This document shows positions 54,476 through 64,000 of a stretch of 64,000 nt of DNA, piece after piece. A model generated the notes under the pieces. The model saw nothing but the letters and a program-made list of their open reading frames with translations, was not told where the DNA came from and searched no databases. The position numbers were made by a program, and so were the translations under genes. The number at the start of each line of letters is the position of its first letter. The stretch's first letter is position 1. The stretch lies in IMG/VR virus record IMGVR_UViG_3300047509_000088, positions 1 to 64,000 of that record; one strand, written 5' to 3'. The DNA is from a virus.

Positions 54476-55561
54476 TCATATCGGAGCTGGCCAATTCGAC
54501 CTGGTCAGATCGTCCGGATCATCAGGGTTGAAACCGATAGACGGTTGTGACGGCGGGTCGAGGTCGTGCTTCCAGGCGGTCGCCGTCAAATTGGACGGCG
54601 TCAAATTGGACGACGGACCGGCCTCCCCCCGGAGCCGGCTGGCGAGAACGTCATGGGCCAGCCGGAGCTTGTCCAGGTTGTCGCGGGCTTGATTCCGCTC
54701 CTCGATCAGGCGGGTGTAATCCAGACGTGCCTGGTCGCGCTCCTTGGTTCGACTGTCTCGCTCGACCCGGGCGCGATTTCGCTCACCCTCTATCCGGACC
54801 AGGTTGTCGAGGAGGGTCTGTTGGCGCGCTTCGGCGCCGGCCGTCTCGCGCCGCTGACCCTCAAGCACTTCACGGGTGGCGCGGAGATCGCTCTCCAGAT
54901 TGACGATCGTCTGACGGAGAGATTCGTTCAGCCGGCCGATCGACTTGACCTGGTCCCGGGCTGCCGTGAGCTTCTCCTCCAGTTCGACGACCTCCTCCCC
55001 TCGGGCGCGGATCGTCTGAACCTGATTGGCGTTCATCTGTTTGAATTGGCTGACCTGATCCTTGAGATAAGCGGTTTCGAGCGCGCGGACGTTGGCCTCT
55101 CGGAGGGACTGGATCGTCTTCTCCAATTTGGCGCGGACGTCATCGCGTTCATGTATGAGCTGATGGCGCTGTTTGCGGAGGTCGTCGTCCGACTCGGATA
55201 GCGATATGTCATGAGGCGGCCGATCGTCAGGCGGCTGGACGAGGTAGTTGACCGGCTTGAGCATCGCCCAGGCGTGCATGATCTCGTTCCGGGTCGAGAC
55301 GCCGATGTACCCGCCCGGGTTGATCACATAGACCTCATCTGACATGTCGATCTTCTGACGGTGGAGTTCGTCCAGGCGGGACTTCTCGTCCCTTGACACA
55401 TCAAGCCAGACGCCCGGTCCGATTACTATCGTGCCCTTGAGGGTCAGGTCGCTGGTGACTTTCTCGAACTCAGACTTGAACCGCCTTGACCCGACCAGAC
55501 AGACGATTGTCGGATGACCCGGTTGAACAGGATTCATGTTCTCAGTCAGACGGCCAGACAT
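54476..55561 (-). CDS. Nucleoside deoxyribosyltransferase-like (DUF4406-like) domain fused to a long coiled coil
   Basis: IVCL.GS.RF, LDELH..KID.SD.VYVIN.GGYIG.ST..EI..A, then heptad repeats. Confidence 0.65.
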   Translation of the reverse strand: MSGRLTENMNPVQPGHPTIVCLVGSRRFKSEFEKVTSDLTLKGTIVIGPGVWLDVSRDEKSRLDELHRQKIDMSDEVYVINPGGYIGVSTRNEIMHAWAMLKPVNYLVQPPDDRPPHDISLSESDDDLRKQRHQLIHERDDVRAKLEKTIQSLREANVRALETAYLKDQVSQFKQMNANQVQTIRARGEEVVELEEKLTAARDQVKSIGRLNESLRQTIVNLESDLRATREVLEGQRRETAGAEARQQTLLDNLVRIEGERNRARVERDSRTKERDQARLDYTRLIEERNQARDNLDKLRLAHDVLASRLRGEAGPSSNLTPSNLTATAWKHDLDPPSQPSIGFNPDDPDDLTRSNWPAPI

Positions 55562-56504
55562 CGGCTCCCTCCCTTCCATTCAGTGCCGGCTGGTTATCGA
55601 GGTAGTAGGCGCCGCCGTAATACCCGGACTCGGGGACGATCCCCTTTGATTCGAGGTAGGCCCGCGCTTCGATCAGATGGGTGGCCACGAAGTCGGCATG
55701 GCCGTGAACCATGATCGAGTAAGCTTCGCAGTCCATCACGAGGCACATGAGAAGGAGGTCCGATTTGGTCATCTGGCTTGCGAGGGAGACATGTCTGTCG
55801 AACCCGGGTATGGGCGGGAGCTTCTCGCGCTCTGCTGTTCGGCGGCTGTACTCTTCGACGGTCATCCTTCAACCTCGCCAGCCGGCTCCGGACTGACGCC
55901 GGCCGTCTGACCAGCCGGCTGACCGGCCGGTTGGTCAGATAGTTCGTTCTCGATCTCGAAGATCGCGTTGGCGGCCGCGATCATGTCCTGACTCGCCTTC
56001 CGCCGGATGTCTCGGAGCTTCGCCAGGCCCGATACAAGCGCCTCCTTCCGGGTCGGGTAGGCGCGTTCCTCCAGCCGAGAGCGACTCTGCCTCGGATCGT
56101 GAGGCGAGAAGCCGTTTGCCTGGTGAAGGGTCCGCTCGTCCGACTGGCCGTTGACGGCGGTAACCCGATACACAACCAGGGTTGATCCGCCGCCTGTCAC
56201 GACGCACCTTTCGAGTCGGGGGACCTGGAGGATTGTGTCGTATCGTCTGACGTATATGAGCCAGAACTCGTCGCCAGTCTGTAGGTTCATATAGTTAGTT
56301 CTCCTTTATCGAATGGTCATACACGACCATCCCAAGCCAGCCGCCCGTATAGCCGATCACGAGCCCGCCGACGAATATCATGAGATCGCCGGTCAGGTCG
56401 GTCGGGTGGACGTATATCAGAAGGAACGGAATCCACAGAACAATCGCCACCGCCCAGCCGGCCAGTTGAGCCCACGCCCTGGGGGATGGCGGTCTAGGCA
56501 TCAT
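55542..56504 (-). other. Three hypothetical ORFs (55542-55865, 55862-56290, 56295-56504 TM)
   Basis: Coupled ORFs. Confidence 0.45.
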
Positions 56505-57044
56505 CTGGCTGGTCGTCGTCTGACCGGTCAGACGGAGGCTGGTCGCCAGACGGTCTATCGCCGTCAGGTTGGTCGTTAGACGGAGGTTGGTCGAGGATTG
56601 GCTGGATCTTGTTCCACCTGTCCGCCACCAGTTTGAGGCGACGGCGGCCCTCCTTCTCCTCGGCTTCGGAATCGTCCCAAGCGGATAGGCGGATTATCGC
56701 AACGATGAAGGACGTGCTCGCCAGGATTCAGCGGTCCCCAGACAAGCTGCCAGGCAACTACGTGTGTAAGCTGCGGCACATCGAAGATTGCACGAGCGTT
56801 GACTTGACCATAGCCGAATCGAGTATGACTGCCACCAGTCCAGGGCCAACATCCGCCAGCGTCCGAGAAATCGACCCGCTCCCAGAAACGATCGATGAAC
56901 TCATCGACAGTCATCGGCCGCCGACCGCGCTTACCCAAGGTCGTATCCCTGGGCGGCGTAGTCGGCGATGATCCGATTTGCCTGATAGATCGTCTCCAGG
57001 GCGGCTTGACGGAAGTTCTTCTTCTCGTATCGGATCAGGGGCAT
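56494..57044 (-). pseudogene. Disrupted gene (N-terminal and C-terminal remnants) containing a truncated HNH
   Basis: 57044-56931 MPLIRYEKKNF...AAQGYDL; HNH from 56914 breaks off at HRCDNPP; another frame resumes WDDSEAEEKEGRRRL..VADRW. Confidence 0.55.
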
Positions 57045-57045
57045 A

Positions 57046-59120
57046 TCAGCCAGTCGGGTCCGATTTGACCATGATCATCGCGGCATCTTCCGGTATGCAC
57101 TCGGCCAGCTCACGGAGTTCGTCCGCCAGGTCGCCATAGTACCCGAGGTCTGATAGTAGATCGTCAAGCTTGTCGAGCTTGGTCCGGAAGGCGCCCATAA
57201 GGGTCGTCATGTTCCGGGGATTGGGGGTCAGGTTCTCTCCGGTTAGGTTCGGCATATCAGTCGATCTCCCTCATCAGATTCAATCGCTCGGATATCCGTC
57301 TGACCTGGCCGATGTTCGGATAGGCGTCGTAGAATCCCCGGCAAATCGGGTCTTCGAGGTTGATCTCGACCAAACCTTCCGAGTCGGTATTGCGGGTCAG
57401 ACGGTCATGACACGGGATGTGAACGTCATGCGTTATGCACGCCTGGACCATCCCCTTGACCCGGCCGGGACGCAGGAGCATCTTGTTTCCCGGCCTGAAT
57501 ATGCAAGTTGGGCACATCTCGCGAAGGACTTTCATTCAGGCGCGCTCGCGGCCTGGTTCTCGGCCAGCGTTTCCACTCCGACTCGAATACACTCCTCGAC
57601 GGTCATACGGATGATCGAGCTGTCGTGGCTGTTCCTTTCACGGATAACAAGGCCGTTGTTCCGTCCGAGGATCGACATCCGCCTGTCTCGCATGTCCACG
57701 AGATAGTCCTCGACCGCCCTGCGGGCGCGCTCGTAATCCTCGTCCGTCAGCTTATCGAGATCGAGGATCACCTCACCCCCGCTTCCACAAGCCGACCGCG
57801 TAGACCCCGAGCAGGAAGGACGCCATGTGATCGTCGTCCGGCAGGGTCACCATGAACGGCGCCCCTCCCCGGATTGTCCGTAGGCCGACCGTCCAGCTCA
57901 ACCCCAAAGGGTCCGTGGGCAGGACGTATGCGATCACGCCCAGCTCGGCTAGTACTCTGAGGTTCGCGAGGATCTCCTGGGAGGTCATGAGGCCGGCTGA
58001 TCATCTCAGGATTGACGACCGACCGGAATGGGACTCTCCGGGCCGGACCCGTGACTGACCGGCAGGCGACCGTCTGACCGGCTACCACCTCGCCATGCCC
58101 GCCGAGAGGTAGTAGTACGCGAGCAGGGCCCCAACCAGGATCAGGACCATGAACGTCCAGAGTCGGCCAAGGCGCCTCTCGGCTCGGCGGCTGATGTAGT
58201 TAACTGGCCTGTAGTTCATCTCTCTTCCTCGGATTGATCGGTTAGACGGGTTGATCGGTTAGACGGATTGGTCGGGCTGATCGGATTGAGAATGTCGGGC
58301 GGTGATTATCGCAATTTGGGCGCGGATTCGGGCTATGTCCGATAGGTAATTCGCGTCATGCAGATAAACGACCTTGTCAGACGGGAAGTCCATCCCCAAG
58401 AGCTGCTCGTATCGCCAGACGTGACGGAAGTCCTTCCGGGCGATCCTGTGCTCGCGTGTGTAGTTGGCAGCCGCCCTGGTTCCGCCGATTAGGATCTTGG
58501 GCCGACGGGGTCTATCCGGCTGAGGCGGCGTCTCCTTCGGAGCCGTCATCAGAAGATCACCTTCTTCATCCTGTTTAACCGATCCTGCTCTTTCTCTTGG
58601 GCCGAATAGTTTGGGGTCGGAACCCCGCCAGGACCCTGAACGGGCCGGAGGGTTACTTGATCGACGACTACGTAACGGTAGTCGCCTCGCCCGACTTGAT
58701 CCGCAATTACAACCTTGAACCGTCCGAATGGATAGTCCGCTGTCCTGGTCGGGGTCGCCCTCCGCTTTCTGTCCATCAGCTTGATCTCCAGCCGGTCCAG
58801 GCGCTCCTCCTCGGTTTCAGCCGGCCTGATTTCAGCCGGCTTGGCCAGGCGGACAGTCACCAGCCGAAGGAACTCCTCACATTCAGCCTGGGTCATCATC
58901 AGTCCTCCCGCCTCTGCCACTTGGAGATGGTCACGGCCGACACCCCGGCGAGCTTGGCGACGGCTCTTGTGGAGTGGCCATACTGAATCGCCAGGTCGGC
59001 CGAAGCCTCGATCAGATCGTCCGTAACGACCGCCAGCTCATTCTTGAGGCGAGTGCGCTCGGCGCCGAGTAGTCGGACCTTCTTCTCGGCGACGTCTCGC
59101 GCGGCGTAATAATTGTCCAT
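57046..59120 (-). other. Run of small hypothetical ORFs including a Cys-rich ORF (57257-57535) and an HTH ORF (58899-59120)
   Basis: CPTCIFR..CH..CRG; S.RAVAKLAGVS..TISKW. Confidence 0.55.
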
Positions 59121-59461
59121 CAGGCGGGATCTCCATTTCGTCGAATGTCAGTCGGGTCTATTCCCACCCGGCCGGATATGACCTTCGACTCGACCTCTTG
59201 GCCTATAAGCTGTTCGAGATCCAGTTCCCAGGCTTGCTCGTCTGGCATGGGCCCGTACACCGCTTCCACCAGCCGTCTGAGCGCGGAACGGTTCGGTCGG
59301 CCGTCCGGCAGCGGGTCGGGGCGAGGATTCATGGTCGGGATGTAGACCTTCCAGAAGTCCACCCGGCCCGACTTGGCGGACGGGCGGCTGGTCGGCCGGA
59401 ACTGGACCTCGATCAGACCGGTCTGCGGGTTGAGTCGGACGGCGATGATCTTGAAGGTCAT
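59120..59461 (-). CDS. Short paralog of the putative SSB-like protein
   Basis: SALRRLVEAVYGPMPDEQAWELDLEQLIGQ versus SMLRQFVEAIYGPITDDQAYAIDLEALVGQ. Confidence 0.6.
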   Translation of the reverse strand: MTFKIIAVRLNPQTGLIEVQFRPTSRPSAKSGRVDFWKVYIPTMNPRPDPLPDGRPNRSALRRLVEAVYGPMPDEQAWELDLEQLIGQEVESKVISGRVGIDPTDIRRNGDPA

Positions 59462-59897
59462 CGGTCAAACGGCCTTTCGGTCTGACGGCCGGCTGAACCG
59501 ATCCAGTACCAGATTGACGAGTCGGACCGCCGAGACGGTCAGACGAGGAATCGGCTGGATATGAGCGGTTGTTCCAGTCGCCCGGATTGCAATACCCGGA
59601 CGACCCTTGATCCAGACGATGCCCCTCGGCTTGACGGCACCTGGAGCGGTCGTGATCTGAATGGTCATACCGACAGGTCGACCTTTGATCCGAGGTGGAT
59701 CGACGCGCCCAGGACCCGAAGCTCTTTGATCGTCCGAATCGGCGGGTCCTCCGCGAACTCCTCCCGGAGCGCGGTGAACTCCCAACCGGCGTACAGGTTG
59801 GGGCTTGGATAGACGGATTGATCGGGTGCGGGGCATGTGATTCTCTCTTTCCTTTTCCGGATTGATTAGGCGGATAGACGGTCAGACGGCTAGACGG

Positions 59898-60092
59898 TTA
59901 GGCGGCGAGTCCGGCTCGACGCAACTGCGCGCAGGTTCGCTTGTAGGCGGAGTGGTTGTCGATCTGGAGGTTCCGGGGGAGGATCGCGACCAACTTGCCC
60001 TGATACGTGAGCTTCAGGTGGGAACCGCCGTTCGAAGTCTCGACGCCCTGACGGCGGAGGCTCTTGATCAAGTCGGGAAGGGGACTTGCCAT
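59898..60092 (-). CDS. HicA-like protein
   Basis: LIK.L..QG......GSHLK......V.ILP...QLRRAG; 64 aa. Confidence 0.65.
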   Translation of the reverse strand: MASPLPDLIKSLRRQGVETSNGGSHLKLTYQGKLVAILPRNLQIDNHSAYKRTCAQLRRAGLAA

Positions 60093-60105
60093 TTCTTCAA
60101 ACCGG

Positions 60106-60134
60106 AGTATATCAGGGTAGGGCGTACATGTCAA
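60106..60134 (-). promoter_or_regulatory. Near-consensus promoter TTGACA-17-TATACT with TGTACGC box
   Basis: Read directly from the sequence. Confidence 0.8.
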
Positions 60135-60573
60135 GCTGGTTTACTGGCTTGTCTTCCTTCTTCTGATGCGCTGCTTCTCGCGGGCGATCCATTCGTCAGT
60201 TTGGCGCAACTCGTTCCGCCACTTTTGCTCCCGGCGTTCCCACTGGACCGTCATTCGACCACCCTTGCGATACCTACGCGTGGTCGGCAACCTGAAGCTC
60301 CCCCAGCTCGAACCAAAGCCTCCCGTTCGGCGAGTCGATCCACGCCCCGTCAGGATCGACCTCGGAGACCGTCCCCTCCAACCCGTCAAACATCCCGTCC
60401 GGGTCCACGACTTTGACGGTCTGGCCGATCTTGAACTTCTTGCTCATCCTCATCTCTCCCGGATAGACGGTCTGACGGATAAAACGGTCTGACGGATAAG
60501 TCGTGGCGGAGCGACCACCCTCTCCGGTAATGCCCCGCCACCGCTATTCACTTCGTCTGATCATAACACCCGG

Positions 60574-60969
60574 TTAAAGAGATCCATCAAGGATCGTGTG
60601 GAACGTCTGTTTGGTAATCTGGCGACCGCCGGTCATATCGAGAGATCCGCGAGCGGGGGTCGGGTCTGGGCGGAAAGCGGTGATCGTTCTAAATTGCTCG
60701 TACTGGACCAACAAGACGTAATGACCGCCGGCTCGAACGACCCTGGCGAGAGATTGTCTTTGTTGAGGGGTCCATCTTGACAGGGGAAAGGTCGAACCAG
60801 TAGCAACGGACTTGCACTCAATCGCAGTAAACACCCCACCCGTTAGAACGAGGAAGTCGGCCGGCGCCCAGATCTTGAAGTGCCCCGAATAGTCCGGGGG
60901 ATGATAAGCGAAGTAGCTCGGGTCCGACAGCCAGGCCGCGATCTTGTTCTCAAAGGGGTTGTTTGACAC
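60574..60969 (-). CDS. RecU/Hjc-like Holliday junction resolvase
   Basis: FE..I, PADF....G...AIECKS, Q...L.....AGG. Confidence 0.75.
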   Translation of the reverse strand: MSNNPFENKIAAWLSDPSYFAYHPPDYSGHFKIWAPADFLVLTGGVFTAIECKSVATGSTFPLSRWTPQQRQSLARVVRAGGHYVLLVQYEQFRTITAFRPDPTPARGSLDMTGGRQITKQTFHTILDGSL

Positions 60970-61142
60970 TTCCTCCCTCCGATTTGGTTCGCTTCAACCT
61001 CGCCTCCCGGATTCGATTCACGGCCAATTCTGCATACTCGGCTGACAGCTCGATTCTGGGATCAATCGCAATTGGTCGATCACGTGCCCTACCAATATGA
61101 CGCCTGACTGGCCGGGCGGTATCAGGTCGACAGCCGGCTGGA

Positions 61143-61601
61143 TCATCTTTTCAGGTCGTCTAGCGACGACACATTCAAGACGTCATACCGCTCCGCCAGA
61201 TCAGACGCGTTATAAAGGGCCGTGATCTGGGCGTACTCGCATCTCAGGCCGGTCTGATGTTCGATCATACGGCCCCAGACCTGGACGGACCCGATCACGT
61301 GCCTGACCGGGGGGTCGTAATCAATGGTGGCCGCCTGAACCATCTGAGATCTGACGAAGTGCATCCATGTCAGGGCTTGGGTTGATAAGTATTCCAGGAC
61401 ATCATTTACGGACGGTAGAACCCAGATCCCGCAGGAACACTTTTCGAGCGGGGCCGGGTGATCCTCGGATGGCATCGGCGGCCAGGCCAGGTGCTCAGCC
61501 TGATTGACGCCAGGACTCCACTTGTGGCGGGTGAAGGTCAGAGAGTTGAGAGTCGTCCTATCCGGAGAGACGGCCACGAGCCAGGCCCTATACCCGGTCA
61601 T
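61143..61601 (-). CDS. GYRAW/CxCG family paralog 1
   Basis: MTGYRAW, W.PG.N.A, CSCGIW, WGRMIEH..G.RCEYAQI. Confidence 0.75.
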   Translation of the reverse strand: MTGYRAWLVAVSPDRTTLNSLTFTRHKWSPGVNQAEHLAWPPMPSEDHPAPLEKCSCGIWVLPSVNDVLEYLSTQALTWMHFVRSQMVQAATIDYDPPVRHVIGSVQVWGRMIEHQTGLRCEYAQITALYNASDLAERYDVLNVSSLDDLKR

Positions 61602-61619
61602 TTCTATACCCGGTCATAC

Positions 61620-62063
61620 TCATCCCTTCCAGGGGGCAGGCAGTTCCTCGGGCATCTTGTAGGTCAAGACCGGGCAATCATACCGTTCGGCAAGACGGTG
61701 GGTCCGCTCGGCGTCCGGCGACTTCCAGATCACCAGGCCAGTGACGGCTGCTCGCTCGGCTCTGTTCCCGAGCTGGTGTTCGATCACCTTGCCCCATGCC
61801 CTGACCTGGCCGATCACGTAGTTGGACGGATTGAAGTCGTTCCACACCAGATAGCTGATTGTCTCTTCAAGACTTTCTAACAACCAGAAGCCGCAGTGGC
61901 ATCCCTCATCCGGCGCCTCATGACGGCTATCGCGGCCGAGCGGCAGGATGTTGCGCCAATTGTCGCAAGCCGAGATGTTAGGACCAGGGTGCCAGACATA
62001 CGGATAGAAGAGACCTCTCAATTCCGACTTGCCGGACAGTCGCCAAGCCCTATAGCCGGTCAT
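61620..62063 (-). CDS. GYRAW/CxCG family paralog 2
   Basis: Same motifs (CHCGFW). Confidence 0.75.
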   Translation of the reverse strand: MTGYRAWRLSGKSELRGLFYPYVWHPGPNISACDNWRNILPLGRDSRHEAPDEGCHCGFWLLESLEETISYLVWNDFNPSNYVIGQVRAWGKVIEHQLGNRAERAAVTGLVIWKSPDAERTHRLAERYDCPVLTYKMPEELPAPWKG

Positions 62064-62091
62064 ACGAATATCCGATCAGACGAATGGTCGG

Positions 62092-62574
62092 TCATACCAA
62101 TTCATGTGAGAAGTCCGCCAGCAAGAGGTCGTCCGGCGGGTCAAGTAAGGGGACGTCATATACCTTAGAGAGATGTTTGGCGGTTTCGGTAAAGGCGCCG
62201 AGGAACGTCTGAAAATCGCGGATATATCTGAATGACGCCGTCTGTATTCGCCTTGGGTCATACAGGCCGGTCACCTGACCGTACTCGGATCTGAACCCAC
62301 GCTCGTGTTCGATCATCTTCCCCCAGGCCAAGATCGTTCCGTATACGAAATAGGGAGGATGGTGGAGGTACTCGACTGCCTCTTTGAGGGTTTGGAGCGA
62401 CCAGATACCGCATTGACATCTTATGCCGGGGATGTGGGGGCCATGTAGCCTGTCGACCGGTTCGATCGTCAGGTTCGAACACTCTGCGTGGTTGACCCCC
62501 GGCGACCACTCGTATGCCCGGCTGACGGCGAACAGCCGATTGGTTCCCGGCCGCCAGGCCCTATAACCGGTCAT
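62092..62574 (-). CDS. GYRAW/CxCG family paralog 3
   Basis: Same motifs (CQCGIW). Confidence 0.75.
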   Translation of the reverse strand: MTGYRAWRPGTNRLFAVSRAYEWSPGVNHAECSNLTIEPVDRLHGPHIPGIRCQCGIWSLQTLKEAVEYLHHPPYFVYGTILAWGKMIEHERGFRSEYGQVTGLYDPRRIQTASFRYIRDFQTFLGAFTETAKHLSKVYDVPLLDPPDDLLLADFSHELV

Positions 62575-63218
62575 CCAGGCCGCCGGCCAGGTCGGACAGG
62601 TTGGATCGATATGACGTCATCTGACCGATGATCATCCGGAGACTGGTGGTATGACTCGGCGAAGGCAATTAAGTCGTTTGGGATATTGAACATGGGAACG
62701 TCAAACCGCTGGCCGATTGACTGTATATCCGTATCCAGCCGCCGCCAGATCGCGACGTTCTCGGATCGGGAGGACGTAAAGAACACACGACCGGTCAGGT
62801 GGACATCCGGGTTTGGAAAGTGACGAACCACGATCTCTTTGACTTCAATTCCCGCCAGAAGGGCGATCACCTGAGCGTATTCGCATCTAAAGCCATTCGC
62901 GTGTTCGATTATCCGACCCCAAGCCTGGACCGCGCCGAAGATGAAGAGGTGGCGGGGCTGGACGTAATCACGAACCTCGCGTAAGGATGACCTTATCCAC
63001 AATCCGCAATCGCACAGGGGAGCAGGCGCGGAGTGATACTGTTCGTGACTGGCGCGATTGATGCCCGGCTTCCAGGGTCCGTCGCCGCGAACGATCGACC
63101 AGAGGTCAGGGGAAGCGGTCGACCAGAGGTCAGGGGAAGCGGGGGACGGTGGCAACGTATAGCCCAGGAGATGTGTCAATCGCCAGTCGTACGGCGACCA
63201 GGCGCGGTATCCGATCAT
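62571..63218 (-). CDS. GYRAW/CxCG family paralog 4
   Basis: Same motifs (CDCGLW); internal ASPDLWS duplication. Confidence 0.75.
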   Translation of the reverse strand: MIGYRAWSPYDWRLTHLLGYTLPPSPASPDLWSTASPDLWSIVRGDGPWKPGINRASHEQYHSAPAPLCDCGLWIRSSLREVRDYVQPRHLFIFGAVQAWGRIIEHANGFRCEYAQVIALLAGIEVKEIVVRHFPNPDVHLTGRVFFTSSRSENVAIWRRLDTDIQSIGQRFDVPMFNIPNDLIAFAESYHQSPDDHRSDDVISIQPVRPGRRPG

Positions 63219-63742
63219 ATCGATATCAATCCGAGCTTGCTCTTGCCGAATACCCGGGCGTAGGTATTGATCGGTTCGGGTAGGTCGGCCGTCTCAACTG
63301 GAACGTCATATCGCTCGGCATATACCTCGATTCGTCGCTGCTCCCATTCGGTGAAGTTTGGGGAGGTATAGAGGGCGGTAATTTGCGCGAACTCAGACCG
63401 GAATCCGAAGGTGTGTTCGACGATCTTGCCCCAGGACTCGACCTGGCCATAGATTGCCGACGGCAGAAGGTTGAAGCGGCCGGTATAGGCAGGGACCTCC
63501 TCCAAAGTTGGGAGCGACCACAGACCGCACTGACCATGGTCATGTGGTATCTCGTCTGAGTGAAGCATTCTGTTCAAACCGGATCGGCCGGAAGGTATAC
63601 CGGATTGGTCGCATGTTGCGCGGTTGATTCCGGGCTGCCAGACGAACTGCCAAAAGAGGCCGCGAAGCCCAAACTGGAGGTTGGTCGATTCGCCGGCCGG
63701 GACAGGAAAGCCGATTGGCAACCAGGCACGATAGCCTAACAC
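63215..63742 (-). CDS. GYRAW/CxCG family paralog 5
   Basis: Same motifs (GQCGLW). Confidence 0.75.
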   Translation of the reverse strand: MLGYRAWLPIGFPVPAGESTNLQFGLRGLFWQFVWQPGINRATCDQSGIPSGRSGLNRMLHSDEIPHDHGQCGLWSLPTLEEVPAYTGRFNLLPSAIYGQVESWGKIVEHTFGFRSEFAQITALYTSPNFTEWEQRRIEVYAERYDVPVETADLPEPINTYARVFGKSKLGLISI

Positions 63743-63800
63743 TTCGATCCAACCCTCAAGCCGTTAATCCTCATACCCACTTCGTGGGCATTCGAGCCAG

Positions 63801-64000
63801 TCATACCGGCCAGTCGGTCATGACGACTTGACCAGACAAATCGTATGACTCGGCAAACTCGATCAGGTCGTACGAATGATCGAACAAGGGCACGTCAAAC
63901 TGTCGTCCAATCTTACGGCCGACCCGACCAGAGGACTTCATGTCCCATCTAATTGAACCGGGTAGGCCATCTGAACCCTGGATCTTTTGGGCGACCTGAC
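63801..64000 (-). CDS. GYRAW family paralog 6 (C-terminal part, truncated by window edge)
   Basis: IGRQFDVPLF....DLIEFAESY matches paralog 4 IGQRFDVPMF....DLIAFAESY. Confidence 0.6.
   Translation of the reverse strand, partial: QVAQKIQGSDGLPGSIRWDMKSSGRVGRKIGRQFDVPLFDHSYDLIEFAESYDLSGQVVMTDWPV

Noticed and set aside
61143-64000. Paralog array as a diversity-generating retroelement
   Set aside because: No reverse transcriptase in the window and no near-identical template/variable repeat pair differing only at adenines

Overview
A 64 kb segment of a high-GC tailed dsDNA phage of the HK97/siphovirus type. The host is probably a high-GC monoderm (Actinomycetota-like or Chloroflexota/Dormibacterota-like), inferred from the class F sortase, leaderless promoters and a GH25-like lysin. 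The left arm (1-29.8 kb, + strand) is the virion operon: terS, terL, portal, an ADP-ribosyltransferase-like gene, prohead protease, capsid, tail tube, head-tail joining genes, tail chaperone with a -1 frameshift, tape measure, Dit, a LamG tail protein and a holin. Interspersed with these are a methyltransferase, three glycosyltransferases and an intein-containing dTDP-glucose dehydratase. The right arm (29.8-64 kb, - strand) carries MazG-like, UvrD (with intein), HNH, SLOG, PD-(D/E)XK nuclease, SSB-like, endolysin, SNF2, sortase F plus substrate, DUF932, tRNA-Leu(UAA), lipoprotein, HicA-like and RecU-like genes, many small ORFs and an array of at least six paralogs. No integrase, polymerase or CRISPR array is visible. 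Top candidates for novelty: (1) a phage sortase F next to an anchorless substrate that would expose an N-terminal Gly and carries a C-terminal PATG, suggesting possible head-to-tail ligation; (2) an intein whose homing endonuclease is overprinted in another frame with its own promoter; (3) a shared N-terminal leader plus ExR maturation motif on putative capsid cargo; (4) an HNH element that restored its target gene with a recoded copy of the 3' end. All product calls come from recognising motifs by eye; no searches were run.
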